Assembly: GCF_000018785.1 (NCBI RefSeq)
Contig: NC_010163.1
Coordinates: 1,410,001 to 1,442,000 of the forward strand
DNA: 32,000 nucleotides
Direction of reading: 5' to 3'
From: Acholeplasma laidlawii PG-8A
GTDB taxonomy: Bacteria; Bacillota_I; Bacilli_A; Acholeplasmatales; Acholeplasmataceae
A model generated the notes under the pieces. It had not been told where the DNA came from. It searched no databases and worked only from the letters and a program-made list of their open reading frames with translations. Made by a program: the position numbers and the translations under genes. Below are positions 1 to 9,311 of the stretch, in pieces (the stretch's first letter is position 1; every line of letters starts with the position of its first letter).

Positions 1-1108
1 TTGTTTTCATAGTTGAAAACATAAATAAGTAGTCCATAGCACGTGTCATACCAACAAACAATAACCTTCTTTCTTCTTCTGTATTTTTATAAATATTTAT
101 TTTATCATAAGGAAGGTCTTCTATTCCAACAATAAATACAGCCCTAAATTCAAGACCTTTAGATTCATGGAAGCTTAAAAATCTAACACTAAATAAATAA
201 TGTCTTTTAAGTAGTTGTTTTAAGTAAGCTATTTGATAATGATTTCTAAATAAAATAACTGCATCAAATAATTTATATTTTTTAATTAAATTGATAATCT
301 CTTCATACAGTCTATCCTTGTTACCAACATAAGTTATAGGTACATGACTCTTATCTTTAATACCAATTAATCGCTTTTTATAGCGATTCATGTTTTTCTT
401 GATGAGTTTGTTAGATACTTCTAGAATCCATGGATTTGACCGGTAATTCATTTCTAACTTCAGTAATTTTGCAGCGTAATCTTTGATATATTTACCGATA
501 AGTTCTACTCTCGCACCCCTAAATGCATAAATAGATTGGTCAGGGTCTCCTACTGCAAATATATGTACACCTTCTTTAAACATCCTCTTTAGGAGTTCAT
601 ATTGTAGTAGATTGGTATCTTGAAACTCATCTATAAATATATGTTTAAATGGATGATTACCCATATACGGAAATGCTTCAATCATTAGGTCATCAAAATC
701 TAGTAAGTTACGTGTATTTAAGTACGCCTCATATGTATCATATATTTTGGGTTTCTTACTTGTTTTTAAACTATTTTTATAAGTTGCAACCTTAAGTACC
801 TCATCCGGACTAAATTCATTATTATACTCAAATACTTGAAATATTTTATGACTACTTAAGACCTGGTAACAATACCCATGAAAGGTGTGCGTTGCTACAT
901 CATAGCCTTTAAGTCTTTCTTTCATCTCATCGGTTGCTTTATTGGTAAATGTAATACATAAGATTTCATTTGGATCCACTCCATTTAAAATCAACCGCTT
1001 AATTCTTTCCACAATAACTCTAGTTTTTCCACTACCAGCACCTGCAATTAAAAATATACATCTTTCATTAGATGTTACTGCAAGTTCTTGTTCTTTATTT
1101 AATAACAC
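1..1108 (-). CDS. UvrD/Rep-family DNA helicase (C-terminus truncated by window edge)
   Basis: Not in the supplied ORF track. The minus frame is open from GTG at 1106-1108 (Shine-Dalgarno GGAGG at 1116-1120) to position 1. Translation includes LLNKEQELAV, IAGAGSGKTRVIVERI (Walker A), LCITFTNKATDEMKERL, IDEFQDTN, VGDPDQSIYAFRGA, HESKGLEFRAVF and EERRLLFVGMTRAM (motif VI). Confidence 0.9.
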   Translation of the reverse strand, partial: MLLNKEQELAVTSNERCIFLIAGAGSGKTRVIVERIKRLILNGVDPNEILCITFTNKATDEMKERLKGYDVATHTFHGYCYQVLSSHKIFQVFEYNNEFSPDEVLKVATYKNSLKTSKKPKIYDTYEAYLNTRNLLDFDDLMIEAFPYMGNHPFKHIFIDEFQDTNLLQYELLKRMFKEGVHIFAVGDPDQSIYAFRGARVELIGKYIKDYAAKLLKLEMNYRSNPWILEVSNKLIKKNMNRYKKRLIGIKDKSHVPITYVGNKDRLYEEIINLIKKYKLFDAVILFRNHYQIAYLKQLLKRHYLFSVRFLSFHESKGLEFRAVFIVGIEDLPYDKINIYKNTEEERRLLFVGMTRAMDYLFMFSTMKT

Positions 1109-1166
1109 GTTTATACCTCCTTTAATTTTATAGTAGATATAACATGCTAAAAATACTTTTATAAAG

Positions 1167-1198
1167 TAAAAACCACAATCAAAATTAAAGATTGTGGC
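1167..1198 (-). terminator. Rho-independent terminator for the 1213-5136 gene
   Basis: Inverted repeat CCACAATC...GATTGTGG (1173-1180 / 1190-1197), followed on the minus strand by GGTTTTTAC. Confidence 0.7.
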
Positions 1199-1212
1199 TT
1201 ATGTTTAAATAT

Positions 1213-4200
1213 TTATGCGACTGAAACTGTTAGAGTAACATTTTCAGAACTATTATTAAATAAGGATGCAACTGTTAAAGAAACGTTGATTTTACCACCT
1301 TGATTCCATGAGTAAGTATTTAAGTTTAATGTACCACTTGTAAGTAGGTCACTTTGCTTAATGGAACCATTACCTGGAATTGAGTTGTTTTTATCTGCTT
1401 CTAAGATTTGATTGATGAAACTTGAAGCACCTTCGTTATTATTTCTAAAGTATTCTCCCCAAAATACCGGGTTAGATGTAAGTCTTGCATCAATATGATA
1501 CACTACAATACCCGCATTACTTGGAATATATTCTAATCCCGAATGTGCACTATATAATCCGTTTGGTGTATAGAACATAACAAGTAAATATTCGTCAAAT
1601 GCATTACCATCATTTAAATCACTTGAGTTAAACGGAATTAATAATGTACTGTTTAAACCATCTGTATCTGTTGAGTAACTATCAAGTGTTACTTGATAAG
1701 TTCCTTTTTGAGCTACAAGTGGTTGTAACCAACCAAATACTAATTTATTAAATGGACCATGATCACCTGCATTATAATCCATCATGTCAAATCCACCCAT
1801 TGGTCCATATTGGTTGTTGCCTTCATATGGATAGAAATCTACTATACCCATTAAGTGACCAAGTTCATGAATGTATGTTTCACTGTTTAATATGAGATCA
1901 CTATTTCCTGGTAATGCATCATTCATGAAATCATAACTTGCCCAGAAATAGTATTCAAAGTTTTTACCATCTAATTCACTAACGCTACCAACGATATCTG
2001 GGTTAGATACATATACCCAAGCCCACCATGGATCCACATCATAATTGTAATCAGTTGAATAAATAAAGATGATTGAATCAATGACACCGTCATTATTAGA
2101 GTCATATTTACTAAAATCAATTGTACTATCAAGTGCTGTTAATGCATCTAAAATAGCATACTGATCACCATCTTGACCTTTACCTTCATAGAAGGCTTTC
2201 ACATTGCTTGTTACGTGTTTATCTAAGATATCAAAATTTAAATCAAGTAAACCAAAACTACTCTTATAGTAATAACTTGAAACACTTTCCCAACCTGTAT
2301 CTAGACTTGTACCATTAAATACTTTATCTAGTTTGGTTTTATAACTTGCTTCAAATGGTACATTTTGAATTTCAACTGGTACAACTAGCACATCATATGT
2401 ACCAGTTGAAGGTAAACCTGACATACCAAATTGAGAAACTTCGTATTCATTAATGGATTGACGTTTTGAAAGTGTTTCTAAAACAACATCGTCCATTACC
2501 GCATCAAATTGGTAGATATACACTTCTAAACTTTCAGTACCTTTAATGATGTACATTGCATATGCTAAATCATCATTGACAACATATACATAAACATCAT
2601 GTCCTCTTACTAAGGATAAGTCATCATTTTTTTCAAATGATTTGTTTAATATGAGGTTGATGTAGGATGTGTATAAAGTGTTTACATCTAAAGTTGTTGA
2701 ACCAACAACTTTAAAGGATTTGTCACTTACTTTAGTTACTTTTAAATTAGTTAGATCTGCAAAATCAGGCATATAAGTATTGAAATCTAAATCATCAAAC
2801 TTAGCTTCTAAATCAGTTACCACGTCACTCCATAATTCATAAACTGGAGCTGGTGCATTTCCCGTTAATAAATTCACATTAAAGATCATGAATTGACCAC
2901 CGTTAGATGTAGCACCTGTACCTTGGAATAACAATCTAAACTTAGATGCATTAATACCAGAAATAGTAATTAGTGTTTTACTTGAAGCAATTTGGCTGTA
3001 GAAATTTCCACCAGCTAAATCTGTCCAAACACCATTATTAAATACTTGTAGTTTAGCACCTGCTAAGTTTGGACTAAAGCCTGTTCTTCCTTGTATTTCA
3101 AAACTCATTGTATCAATTAAGTTACCTAGTGCATCTATTTCTAGATATACTGTTGGGTTTGCATTTCCACTTACATTAGCTGCAAAAATCTTACCCAATG
3201 ATAAACCACCTGGTGCGGTTTGAGTAATATTTGCTATATGACTTGCTTTTACGATTACCTTATTTGTGTTGTTAGCAAAATTTAGTGTAACATCAATATT
3301 ATTTCTATAACTTCCGTCTAAAGTACTTGTTGTATCTTGAACATTAAAGCTATAATACTCACCTATTTCAGGTTCAACTGGATCTACCGGTGTAGTACCT
3401 GCTTTATCCCCATAAATAGCTAAACCAAATACGGTTAGACCAGGATATGTTTCTTCATCAATGAAGATATATGCAAAATAGTCACCTAGTTTATACGCGT
3501 CTTCTGTTGCATCATATGCTAAACTACCGCTAAGTAGTGCATCATATGCATCAGCATCTGCATCTAACCATGTAAAGATATCCACATAGACTTCAACATA
3601 TGTTTCATCACTTAAGTCAGTAATTAGTACATCTTCTGAAACAATTGCCGGTAATAATGCGTAAATATCAAATCCAAAAATGCCATTTAATTCATCTTTA
3701 TCAAAAGGAGCTCCAACCGGATCGACTGGATCAACCGGTGTAGTACCTGCTTTATCCCCATAAATAGCTAAACCAAATACGGTTAGACCAGGATATGTTT
3801 CTTCATCAATGAAGATATATGCAAAATAGTCACCTAGTTTATACGCGTCTTCTGTTGCATCATATGCTAAACTACCGCTAAGTAGTGCATCATATGCATC
3901 AGCATCTGCATCTAACCATGTAAAGATATCCACATAGACTTCAATATATGTTTCATCACTTAAGTCAGTAATTAGTACATCCTCTGAAATAATTGCCGGT
4001 AATAAAGCGTAAATATCAAATCCAAAAATACCGTTTAATTCATCTTTATCAAAAGGAGCTCCAACCGGATCCACTGGATCAACTGGTGTTTCATCTTCTA
4101 AATATTGATATATTCCAATACCATAAATAATTGAACCAGGAACAATCTCATCATCTGCATAAAGATAAATAAATAGTTCTCCTAATATATATGCATCTTC

Positions 4201-5136
4201 TAAGGCATCATAAGTTAATAAATTTTCTAATAAGGCATCATAAGCCATTAAATCAGATTCTGTCCAATCAAAAACATCGATATAGACATCATTAAATAAG
4301 TCGTTTGAGTTATCAATCACTTCATAATCGCTTGTTACAATTTCAGGAATTAATGCATATACATCAAGTCCAAAAATACTGTTAAGTAATGCTGGATTAA
4401 AAGTTGTTCCAGAAGTAATTGGAACTTCTTTAAATTGTGCAACATAAACTATATCTGCTGTGGCTGCTACAACTGCCTTATCCCAACCAGTAAACTCAAA
4501 TGTATGTGTAAGTGTTGCTTCCTTTGTTGGTGTTTGACCAGTATATGCAGGTACTACCCCTGATGCAACTTCTACCGTTTGTAAAACCGCGTTATCATGG
4601 TTTTTAAAGCTAATTTCGAAAGTTTCTACTTCCCCTAAATTTTCCCACTTAGCGTAAAAACTCTTATGTTCTGTAGAACCGACTTCTACTTTATCTACAA
4701 AACTTGCTTCAGTATTTGATATAGACCATCCTAAGAATTTAAATCCCTCTTTAGTAGGCGTTAATAAATTGACTTCATCTAGTATTGTAAACTTGGATAC
4801 TTGTTCAGGATGAATCACACCACCATCTAGGTGTAATGTAATTGTATATTCAGTGATTGTCCATTTTGCATATAATGTCACTGAACTTGTAATATCAGTT
4901 GATAATTTAGAACCTTCATTTAAATCACTTTCTAAATACCAACTATTAAAAGTATATCCTGATTTTTCAGGTACTACTTTTTCAATCTCTGCTAAAGCAT
5001 AACTTTTTTCAAACTCAATGGCTTGAATATCATTTCCACCATTGGTTTCAAAAACAATTTTATAAGCAGTTAATTCTGTACACGCTATTAACACGAGTGT
5101 CATCAATAACGTAAAGATGATGCTAATTTTCTTCAT
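1213..5136 (-). CDS. Large exported lipoprotein: InlB-B-type repeats, three ~116-aa repeats, C-terminal M6-like zinc metalloprotease domain
   Basis: Signal peptide with lipobox (MKKISIIFTLLMTLVLIACTE). Two or three InlB-B-like modules (VFETNGGN...YTFNSWY...VTLYAKWT; LHLDGG...GFKFLGW...FYAKWEN). Zinc site HELGHLMGIVDFYPY, followed by YGPMGGFDMMDYNAGDHGPFNKLVFGWL. Confidence 0.85.
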   Translation of the reverse strand: MKKISIIFTLLMTLVLIACTELTAYKIVFETNGGNDIQAIEFEKSYALAEIEKVVPEKSGYTFNSWYLESDLNEGSKLSTDITSSVTLYAKWTITEYTITLHLDGGVIHPEQVSKFTILDEVNLLTPTKEGFKFLGWSISNTEASFVDKVEVGSTEHKSFYAKWENLGEVETFEISFKNHDNAVLQTVEVASGVVPAYTGQTPTKEATLTHTFEFTGWDKAVVAATADIVYVAQFKEVPITSGTTFNPALLNSIFGLDVYALIPEIVTSDYEVIDNSNDLFNDVYIDVFDWTESDLMAYDALLENLLTYDALEDAYILGELFIYLYADDEIVPGSIIYGIGIYQYLEDETPVDPVDPVGAPFDKDELNGIFGFDIYALLPAIISEDVLITDLSDETYIEVYVDIFTWLDADADAYDALLSGSLAYDATEDAYKLGDYFAYIFIDEETYPGLTVFGLAIYGDKAGTTPVDPVDPVGAPFDKDELNGIFGFDIYALLPAIVSEDVLITDLSDETYVEVYVDIFTWLDADADAYDALLSGSLAYDATEDAYKLGDYFAYIFIDEETYPGLTVFGLAIYGDKAGTTPVDPVEPEIGEYYSFNVQDTTSTLDGSYRNNIDVTLNFANNTNKVIVKASHIANITQTAPGGLSLGKIFAANVSGNANPTVYLEIDALGNLIDTMSFEIQGRTGFSPNLAGAKLQVFNNGVWTDLAGGNFYSQIASSKTLITISGINASKFRLLFQGTGATSNGGQFMIFNVNLLTGNAPAPVYELWSDVVTDLEAKFDDLDFNTYMPDFADLTNLKVTKVSDKSFKVVGSTTLDVNTLYTSYINLILNKSFEKNDDLSLVRGHDVYVYVVNDDLAYAMYIIKGTESLEVYIYQFDAVMDDVVLETLSKRQSINEYEVSQFGMSGLPSTGTYDVLVVPVEIQNVPFEASYKTKLDKVFNGTSLDTGWESVSSYYYKSSFGLLDLNFDILDKHVTSNVKAFYEGKGQDGDQYAILDALTALDSTIDFSKYDSNNDGVIDSIIFIYSTDYNYDVDPWWAWVYVSNPDIVGSVSELDGKNFEYYFWASYDFMNDALPGNSDLILNSETYIHELGHLMGIVDFYPYEGNNQYGPMGGFDMMDYNAGDHGPFNKLVFGWLQPLVAQKGTYQVTLDSYSTDTDGLNSTLLIPFNSSDLNDGNAFDEYLLVMFYTPNGLYSAHSGLEYIPSNAGIVVYHIDARLTSNPVFWGEYFRNNNEGASSFINQILEADKNNSIPGNGSIKQSDLLTSGTLNLNTYSWNQGGKINVSLTVASLFNNSSENVTLTVSVA
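3374..4071 (-). repeat. Two near-identical tandem copies of a 348-bp (116-aa) intragenic repeat; a third divergent copy lies at about 4080-4430
   Basis: Period of 348 bp measured between matching words (3391 and 3739). By eye, 3386-3596 is identical to 3734-3944. The encoded copies differ mainly by I/V substitutions. Confidence 0.9.
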
Positions 5137-5179
5137 AAAATTCTCTCTTTCTTATGTAAATAATTTATGCGTAACAGTT

Positions 5180-5208
5180 ATAATAGCATGTTTAATCGAA
5201 CTTGTAAA
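5180..5208 (-). promoter_or_regulatory. Sigma-A-type promoter for the M6-like lipoprotein gene
   Basis: Minus strand TTTACA - 17 nt - TATTAT, about 45 nt upstream of the ATG. Confidence 0.6.
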
Positions 5209-5255
5209 CGAAACTAATTTCAAACATACTTAAAAAGATAAAAATTCATAAAAAT

Positions 5256-5285
5256 AAGCATGCGATTTTTTCTAATCGCATGCTT
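5256..5285 (-). terminator. Rho-independent terminator downstream of pcrA
   Basis: Perfect 12-bp stem AAGCATGCGATT/AATCGCATGCTT with a 6-nt loop, then TATTTTTAT on the minus strand, a few nt after the stop codon at 5290. Confidence 0.8.
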
Positions 5286-5289
5286 AATT

Positions 5290-7401
5290 TCAGTTTTTCT
5301 TAATACTTGGATGTGACTCTAATAATTGTTTAATACCATGAGGCATACTAAATGCGATTGTTGCAATATCTTTATCTACACTCACTACAATACCTTTACC
5401 AAATACTTGGTGTGTGACACTATCACCAGGTTTTAGGTAGTTACTACTTGTTGATTGTTGTGGTGTGTAGTTACCCTTTTTAGTAAAGACTTCTTGTTCA
5501 GGCATCATTTCTTTTAAGAACCTAGATGGTCTTGGATAAATTAATGCGCCATATAATAATCTTTTCTCACTACGGGTTAAGTAAAGTCTTTCTTTAGCTC
5601 TTGTAACACCTACATAGGCGATACGTCTTTCTTCTTCTAGTTCATTTAAGTCCATAAAGGATTGACTTGAAGGGAAAATTTGTTCTTCCATAACCGTCAT
5701 AAATACCACTTTAAATTCTAAGCCTTTAACTTGGTGGAAGGTTGAGAGTACTACTGCATCACTGACCTTATTTCTATCAAGGTCACTATAAAGTGCAATT
5801 TGATCTAAAAGCTGCATGAGCTTTTCAAGGAAGGTTCCCTCATAATAGGCTTCAGCTTGAACAAATGGGTTCTTTAATTCTTTAATGTATTCAATACGTT
5901 CTTCTGAGTATTCATCTTTATCCGTTTCAAGCATTTGATTATAGCCTGTTTTATAGGCTACATAATCCACTACTTTGCCTAACTCAGTAAAGTTTTGAAA
6001 GTCAAATTTCATTTCTAAAATTAGGGTTTTAAACTCAAGTAGGGACTGTTTTGTTTTACCGGATATATCAAATGAATCAATGGCATCAAACATCGACATG
6101 TTATGTTCTTTCGCATAACTTTGAAGTTTGTTTAATGTAGTTGGTCCAATAGCTCTTCTTGGTGTATTAATAATACGCATTAAATAAAAGTCTAAGTTAG
6201 GATCTACAACTAATCTAATGTAGGCTAGAATATCTTTAATTTCTTTTCTTTGATAAAAAGATATACCACCATATAACACATAAGGAATATTGTATTTCAT
6301 GAAGACGTCTTCAAAACTTCTACTTAAGGCATTATTTCTATATAAAATAGCAATATCAGAATATTTATAACCACCATCTTTGATAAGTGTTTCAATTTCA
6401 TTGGCAATCATTTGAGCTTCGTTTAAATCGCTTTGTGCTGACCAGATAAATGGTTTTAAACCATTTCCCAAATCTGTTTCAAGTGATTTTGAAAAGGGTC
6501 TATTTTTATTGCTAGTAATTAACTTATTAGCAAACTTTAATATTTCTTTAGTTGATCTATAGTTTAAGTCTAGAACAATCTCTGCTTTACTACCGTCTTC
6601 ATTTTTAAAGTCATTTAAAAAGAATTTGGCATTATCATAGTTTGCACCACGAAAGGCGTAGATTGATTGATCAGGGTCCCCTACCACAAATAGATTTTTT
6701 TGCTTTCCCGCAAGTAGTTTCATCATTTTATACTGTAGATGGTCTGTATCTTGGAACTCATCGACTAAAATAAAGTTAAATTTGTTTTGATAGTACTCTA
6801 ATATATGTTGATGTTCATCAAATAACTTATAGGTAAGTATTTGAAGATCATCAAAATCTAGTAAATTATTGGTGATGAGCTCATGTGTATATTTTTCTAA
6901 TACCAATCTTTCATTCGCATTATCAAAATAATCGATATTTAGATGCTTAAATAAAGATATTTTATGTCTTATAGCGTTTGCTTTATAAGATTTAGTGTCT
7001 AGGTTTAAATCTTTAATAATCTTTCTAACCATCGCTTTAGCATCATCTTCATCGATGATGTTAAAGTTAACGGTATAACCCATTTTTAGATGTTCAATAT
7101 CTCTTCTTAAGACTTTGACGCCAAACGCGTGGAATGTATATATCCATGTATTTGTCGCATAAGGTCCAGCCATTTCAACGATACGTTCTTTCATTTCTCT
7201 GGCTGCTTTATTGGTAAATGTTACCGCTAAGATACTATCTGGGGCTACGCCTAGTTCTTCAATTAAATATGCAATTCTAGTGGTTAGTGTTCTAGTTTTA
7301 CCGGTACCGGCACCTGCAACGACAAAAAGAGGGCCACTTATATGGGTGGCCGCCTTCTTTTGTTGTGGGTTTAATTGTTCTAACCAATTAGTCATCTTCA
7401 T
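5290..7401 (-). CDS. pcrA: ATP-dependent DNA helicase PcrA/UvrD
   Basis: LNPQQKKAATHISGPLFVVAGAGTGKTRTLTTRI, VDEFQDTDHLQYKMMKLL, VGDPDQSIYAFRGA, TFHQVKGLEFKVVF, YVGVTRAKERLYL. Confidence 0.95.
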   Translation of the reverse strand: MKMTNWLEQLNPQQKKAATHISGPLFVVAGAGTGKTRTLTTRIAYLIEELGVAPDSILAVTFTNKAAREMKERIVEMAGPYATNTWIYTFHAFGVKVLRRDIEHLKMGYTVNFNIIDEDDAKAMVRKIIKDLNLDTKSYKANAIRHKISLFKHLNIDYFDNANERLVLEKYTHELITNNLLDFDDLQILTYKLFDEHQHILEYYQNKFNFILVDEFQDTDHLQYKMMKLLAGKQKNLFVVGDPDQSIYAFRGANYDNAKFFLNDFKNEDGSKAEIVLDLNYRSTKEILKFANKLITSNKNRPFSKSLETDLGNGLKPFIWSAQSDLNEAQMIANEIETLIKDGGYKYSDIAILYRNNALSRSFEDVFMKYNIPYVLYGGISFYQRKEIKDILAYIRLVVDPNLDFYLMRIINTPRRAIGPTTLNKLQSYAKEHNMSMFDAIDSFDISGKTKQSLLEFKTLILEMKFDFQNFTELGKVVDYVAYKTGYNQMLETDKDEYSEERIEYIKELKNPFVQAEAYYEGTFLEKLMQLLDQIALYSDLDRNKVSDAVVLSTFHQVKGLEFKVVFMTVMEEQIFPSSQSFMDLNELEEERRIAYVGVTRAKERLYLTRSEKRLLYGALIYPRPSRFLKEMMPEQEVFTKKGNYTPQQSTSSNYLKPGDSVTHQVFGKGIVVSVDKDIATIAFSMPHGIKQLLESHPSIKKN

Positions 7402-7402
7402 A

Positions 7403-9031
7403 TTATTTATAACTTTTCTTAAGCGCTACAATTTCATTAAATATGTATTTATTATCGTTATTGTAGTAACAGTTGAAATATCCATTTCTAATGAATTGGA
7501 ATTTTTCTTCATGTAATACATCTTTTAAGCTACCTTCAATAAAACCTTGTTTTACTGCTAAGGATTCTGTGTTAAATCTTTCTTCTAATGGTAGTGAACT
7601 ATCATTTTTAAGTAGTTGACCAAAGAAGTTAAAAGTTGCAGGAATTGCTGTTGTTGCTTCTACAAAATGAATGGTCCCATCAGGTTTTCTTTCACTAAAA
7701 CCAGAACCTGATAATGTCGCTACATCATAAGTTGCAAGTATTTCTGTAATATTACCTTCACTATCTTTAACTACATCATTTGCTTGAATAAAGTATGTAT
7801 GGAATAATCTAACTTCTCTACCTAAAGATAGACGTTTGTACTTCTTATCAGGTCTTTCTTCTAAGAAGTCTTCTCTATCAATATAGATGTGTTTAGAAAA
7901 TGCTATTTTTCTGCTACCTAGTGATTCATTTTCACTGTGGAACGGTACATCAAAATATTCAATTTTGTCTTCTGGATAGTTTGTAATTGTAACTTTAATC
8001 GGATCAATGACTGCAAATGCACGTTTAGCACGCATATTCAAATCATCTCTAACAAATGATTCAAGCATGTCCAGTTCGACTTCACTATTTACTTTACCTA
8101 ATCCAGTTGCCAAAATAAACGCTCTAATAGCTTCTTTGGTATAACCTTTTTTACGTAAACCAGAAAGTGTTGGCATTCTAGGATCATCCCAACCAGTTAC
8201 TAGTTTAGAATCTACAAGTTGTTTTAAATATCTTTTTGACATGACTGTATTTTCAATACCTAAACGTCCAAACTCGATTTGTCTAGGAACTAAAGGCATT
8301 TCAGTTTCTTTAACAACCCAGTCATATAATGGTCTATGGTCTTCAAACTCTAAAGAACATAAAGAGTGTGTAATACCCTCAATGGCATCCTCAATCGGAT
8401 GAGCATAGTCATACATAGGATAAATCTTCCATTTATCTTTAGTATTATGATGTGTTGCAAAATTGATTCTGTATAAAACAGGATCACGCATATTCATGTT
8501 TGAACTTGTCATATCAATTTTTGCACGAAGTACTTTGGAACCTTCTGGATATTTTCCTTCTTCCATTTCTTCAAATAATTTCAAGTTTTCTTCAACAGTT
8601 CTATTTCTATAAGGAGACTCAATACCCGGTGTGACAACATCGCCTCTTGTTTTAGATATTTCTTCAGCAGTTTGATCATCTACGTAAGCTAAACCTTTTT
8701 TAATTAGTAACTTAGCACGTTCAAACATTTCTGTAAAATAATCACTTGCAAAATAAATAGCTGAAGGTTCATAACCTAACCATCTAACATCACGTTCGAT
8801 TGCTTCTACATATATCGAATCTTCCTTAGATGGATTCGTATCATCATATCTAAGATTTGTTTTTCCGTTAAACACTTTAGCGAGTTCAAAGTTAGTAATA
8901 ATTGCTCTAGCATGACCAATATGTAAAAAACCATTTGGTTCTGGCGGAAAGCGTGTGATAATCTCTTTATGTTTGCCCGTTTCTAAATCATTTTCCATAA
9001 TTGTTTTTATAAAATTTGATTGATTTTCCAT
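7403..9031 (-). CDS. glnS: Glutaminyl-tRNA synthetase
   Basis: ITRFPPEPNGFLHIGHARAI (HIGH motif), NLRYDDTNPSKED, MSKRYLKQLV (KMSKS-like), typical GlnRS C-terminal region. The track ORF extends to 9070, but ATG at 9029-9031 has a better SD (AGAGGTG) and begins MENQSNFI. Confidence 0.93.
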   Translation of the reverse strand: MENQSNFIKTIMENDLETGKHKEIITRFPPEPNGFLHIGHARAIITNFELAKVFNGKTNLRYDDTNPSKEDSIYVEAIERDVRWLGYEPSAIYFASDYFTEMFERAKLLIKKGLAYVDDQTAEEISKTRGDVVTPGIESPYRNRTVEENLKLFEEMEEGKYPEGSKVLRAKIDMTSSNMNMRDPVLYRINFATHHNTKDKWKIYPMYDYAHPIEDAIEGITHSLCSLEFEDHRPLYDWVVKETEMPLVPRQIEFGRLGIENTVMSKRYLKQLVDSKLVTGWDDPRMPTLSGLRKKGYTKEAIRAFILATGLGKVNSEVELDMLESFVRDDLNMRAKRAFAVIDPIKVTITNYPEDKIEYFDVPFHSENESLGSRKIAFSKHIYIDREDFLEERPDKKYKRLSLGREVRLFHTYFIQANDVVKDSEGNITEILATYDVATLSGSGFSERKPDGTIHFVEATTAIPATFNFFGQLLKNDSSLPLEERFNTESLAVKQGFIEGSLKDVLHEEKFQFIRNGYFNCYYNNDNKYIFNEIVALKKSYK

Positions 9032-9251
9032 ATATTTCACCTCTTCATAATCTTCAAGTTCATGCATCATTCTAAATCTTTTAATTTATTAATTTTGTTA
9101 ATTTAAATCGTCATTTAATACATCATCATTTATATCTATTCTAAATAGAATATTTACAACATGATTATACTTATTATATCATATCAAATGGTATAAATTA
9201 GTATGTTATCAAGGAAATATTTGAATATTTTAAAGCCTTTATAAATAAAGT

Positions 9252-9282
9252 GAAGGAACATGTTTTAAAGTCATGTCCCTTC
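9252..9282 (-). terminator. Probable terminator downstream of the 9312-10967 gene
   Basis: Minus RNA folds GAAGGGACAUG...CAUGUUCCUUC over 11 pairs (one G-U), then ACUUUAUUUAU. The plus-strand RNA would have an A-C mismatch. Confidence 0.45.
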
Positions 9283-9311
9283 ATTTTTTAAATTATTTAT
9301 TATGGTAGTAA

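Noticed and set aside
3374-4071. CRISPR-like or other non-coding repeat array
   Set aside because: Repeats are long (348 bp), few, contiguous and in frame within one ORF, so they are protein domain repeats.
7211-7516. Plus-strand ORF (101 aa), along with other plus-strand ORFs at 942, 9302, 11421, 11744, 17029, 17903 and 19950
   Set aside because: All are antisense to strongly supported minus-strand genes, have low-complexity or incoherent translations and no family resemblance; frame shadows.
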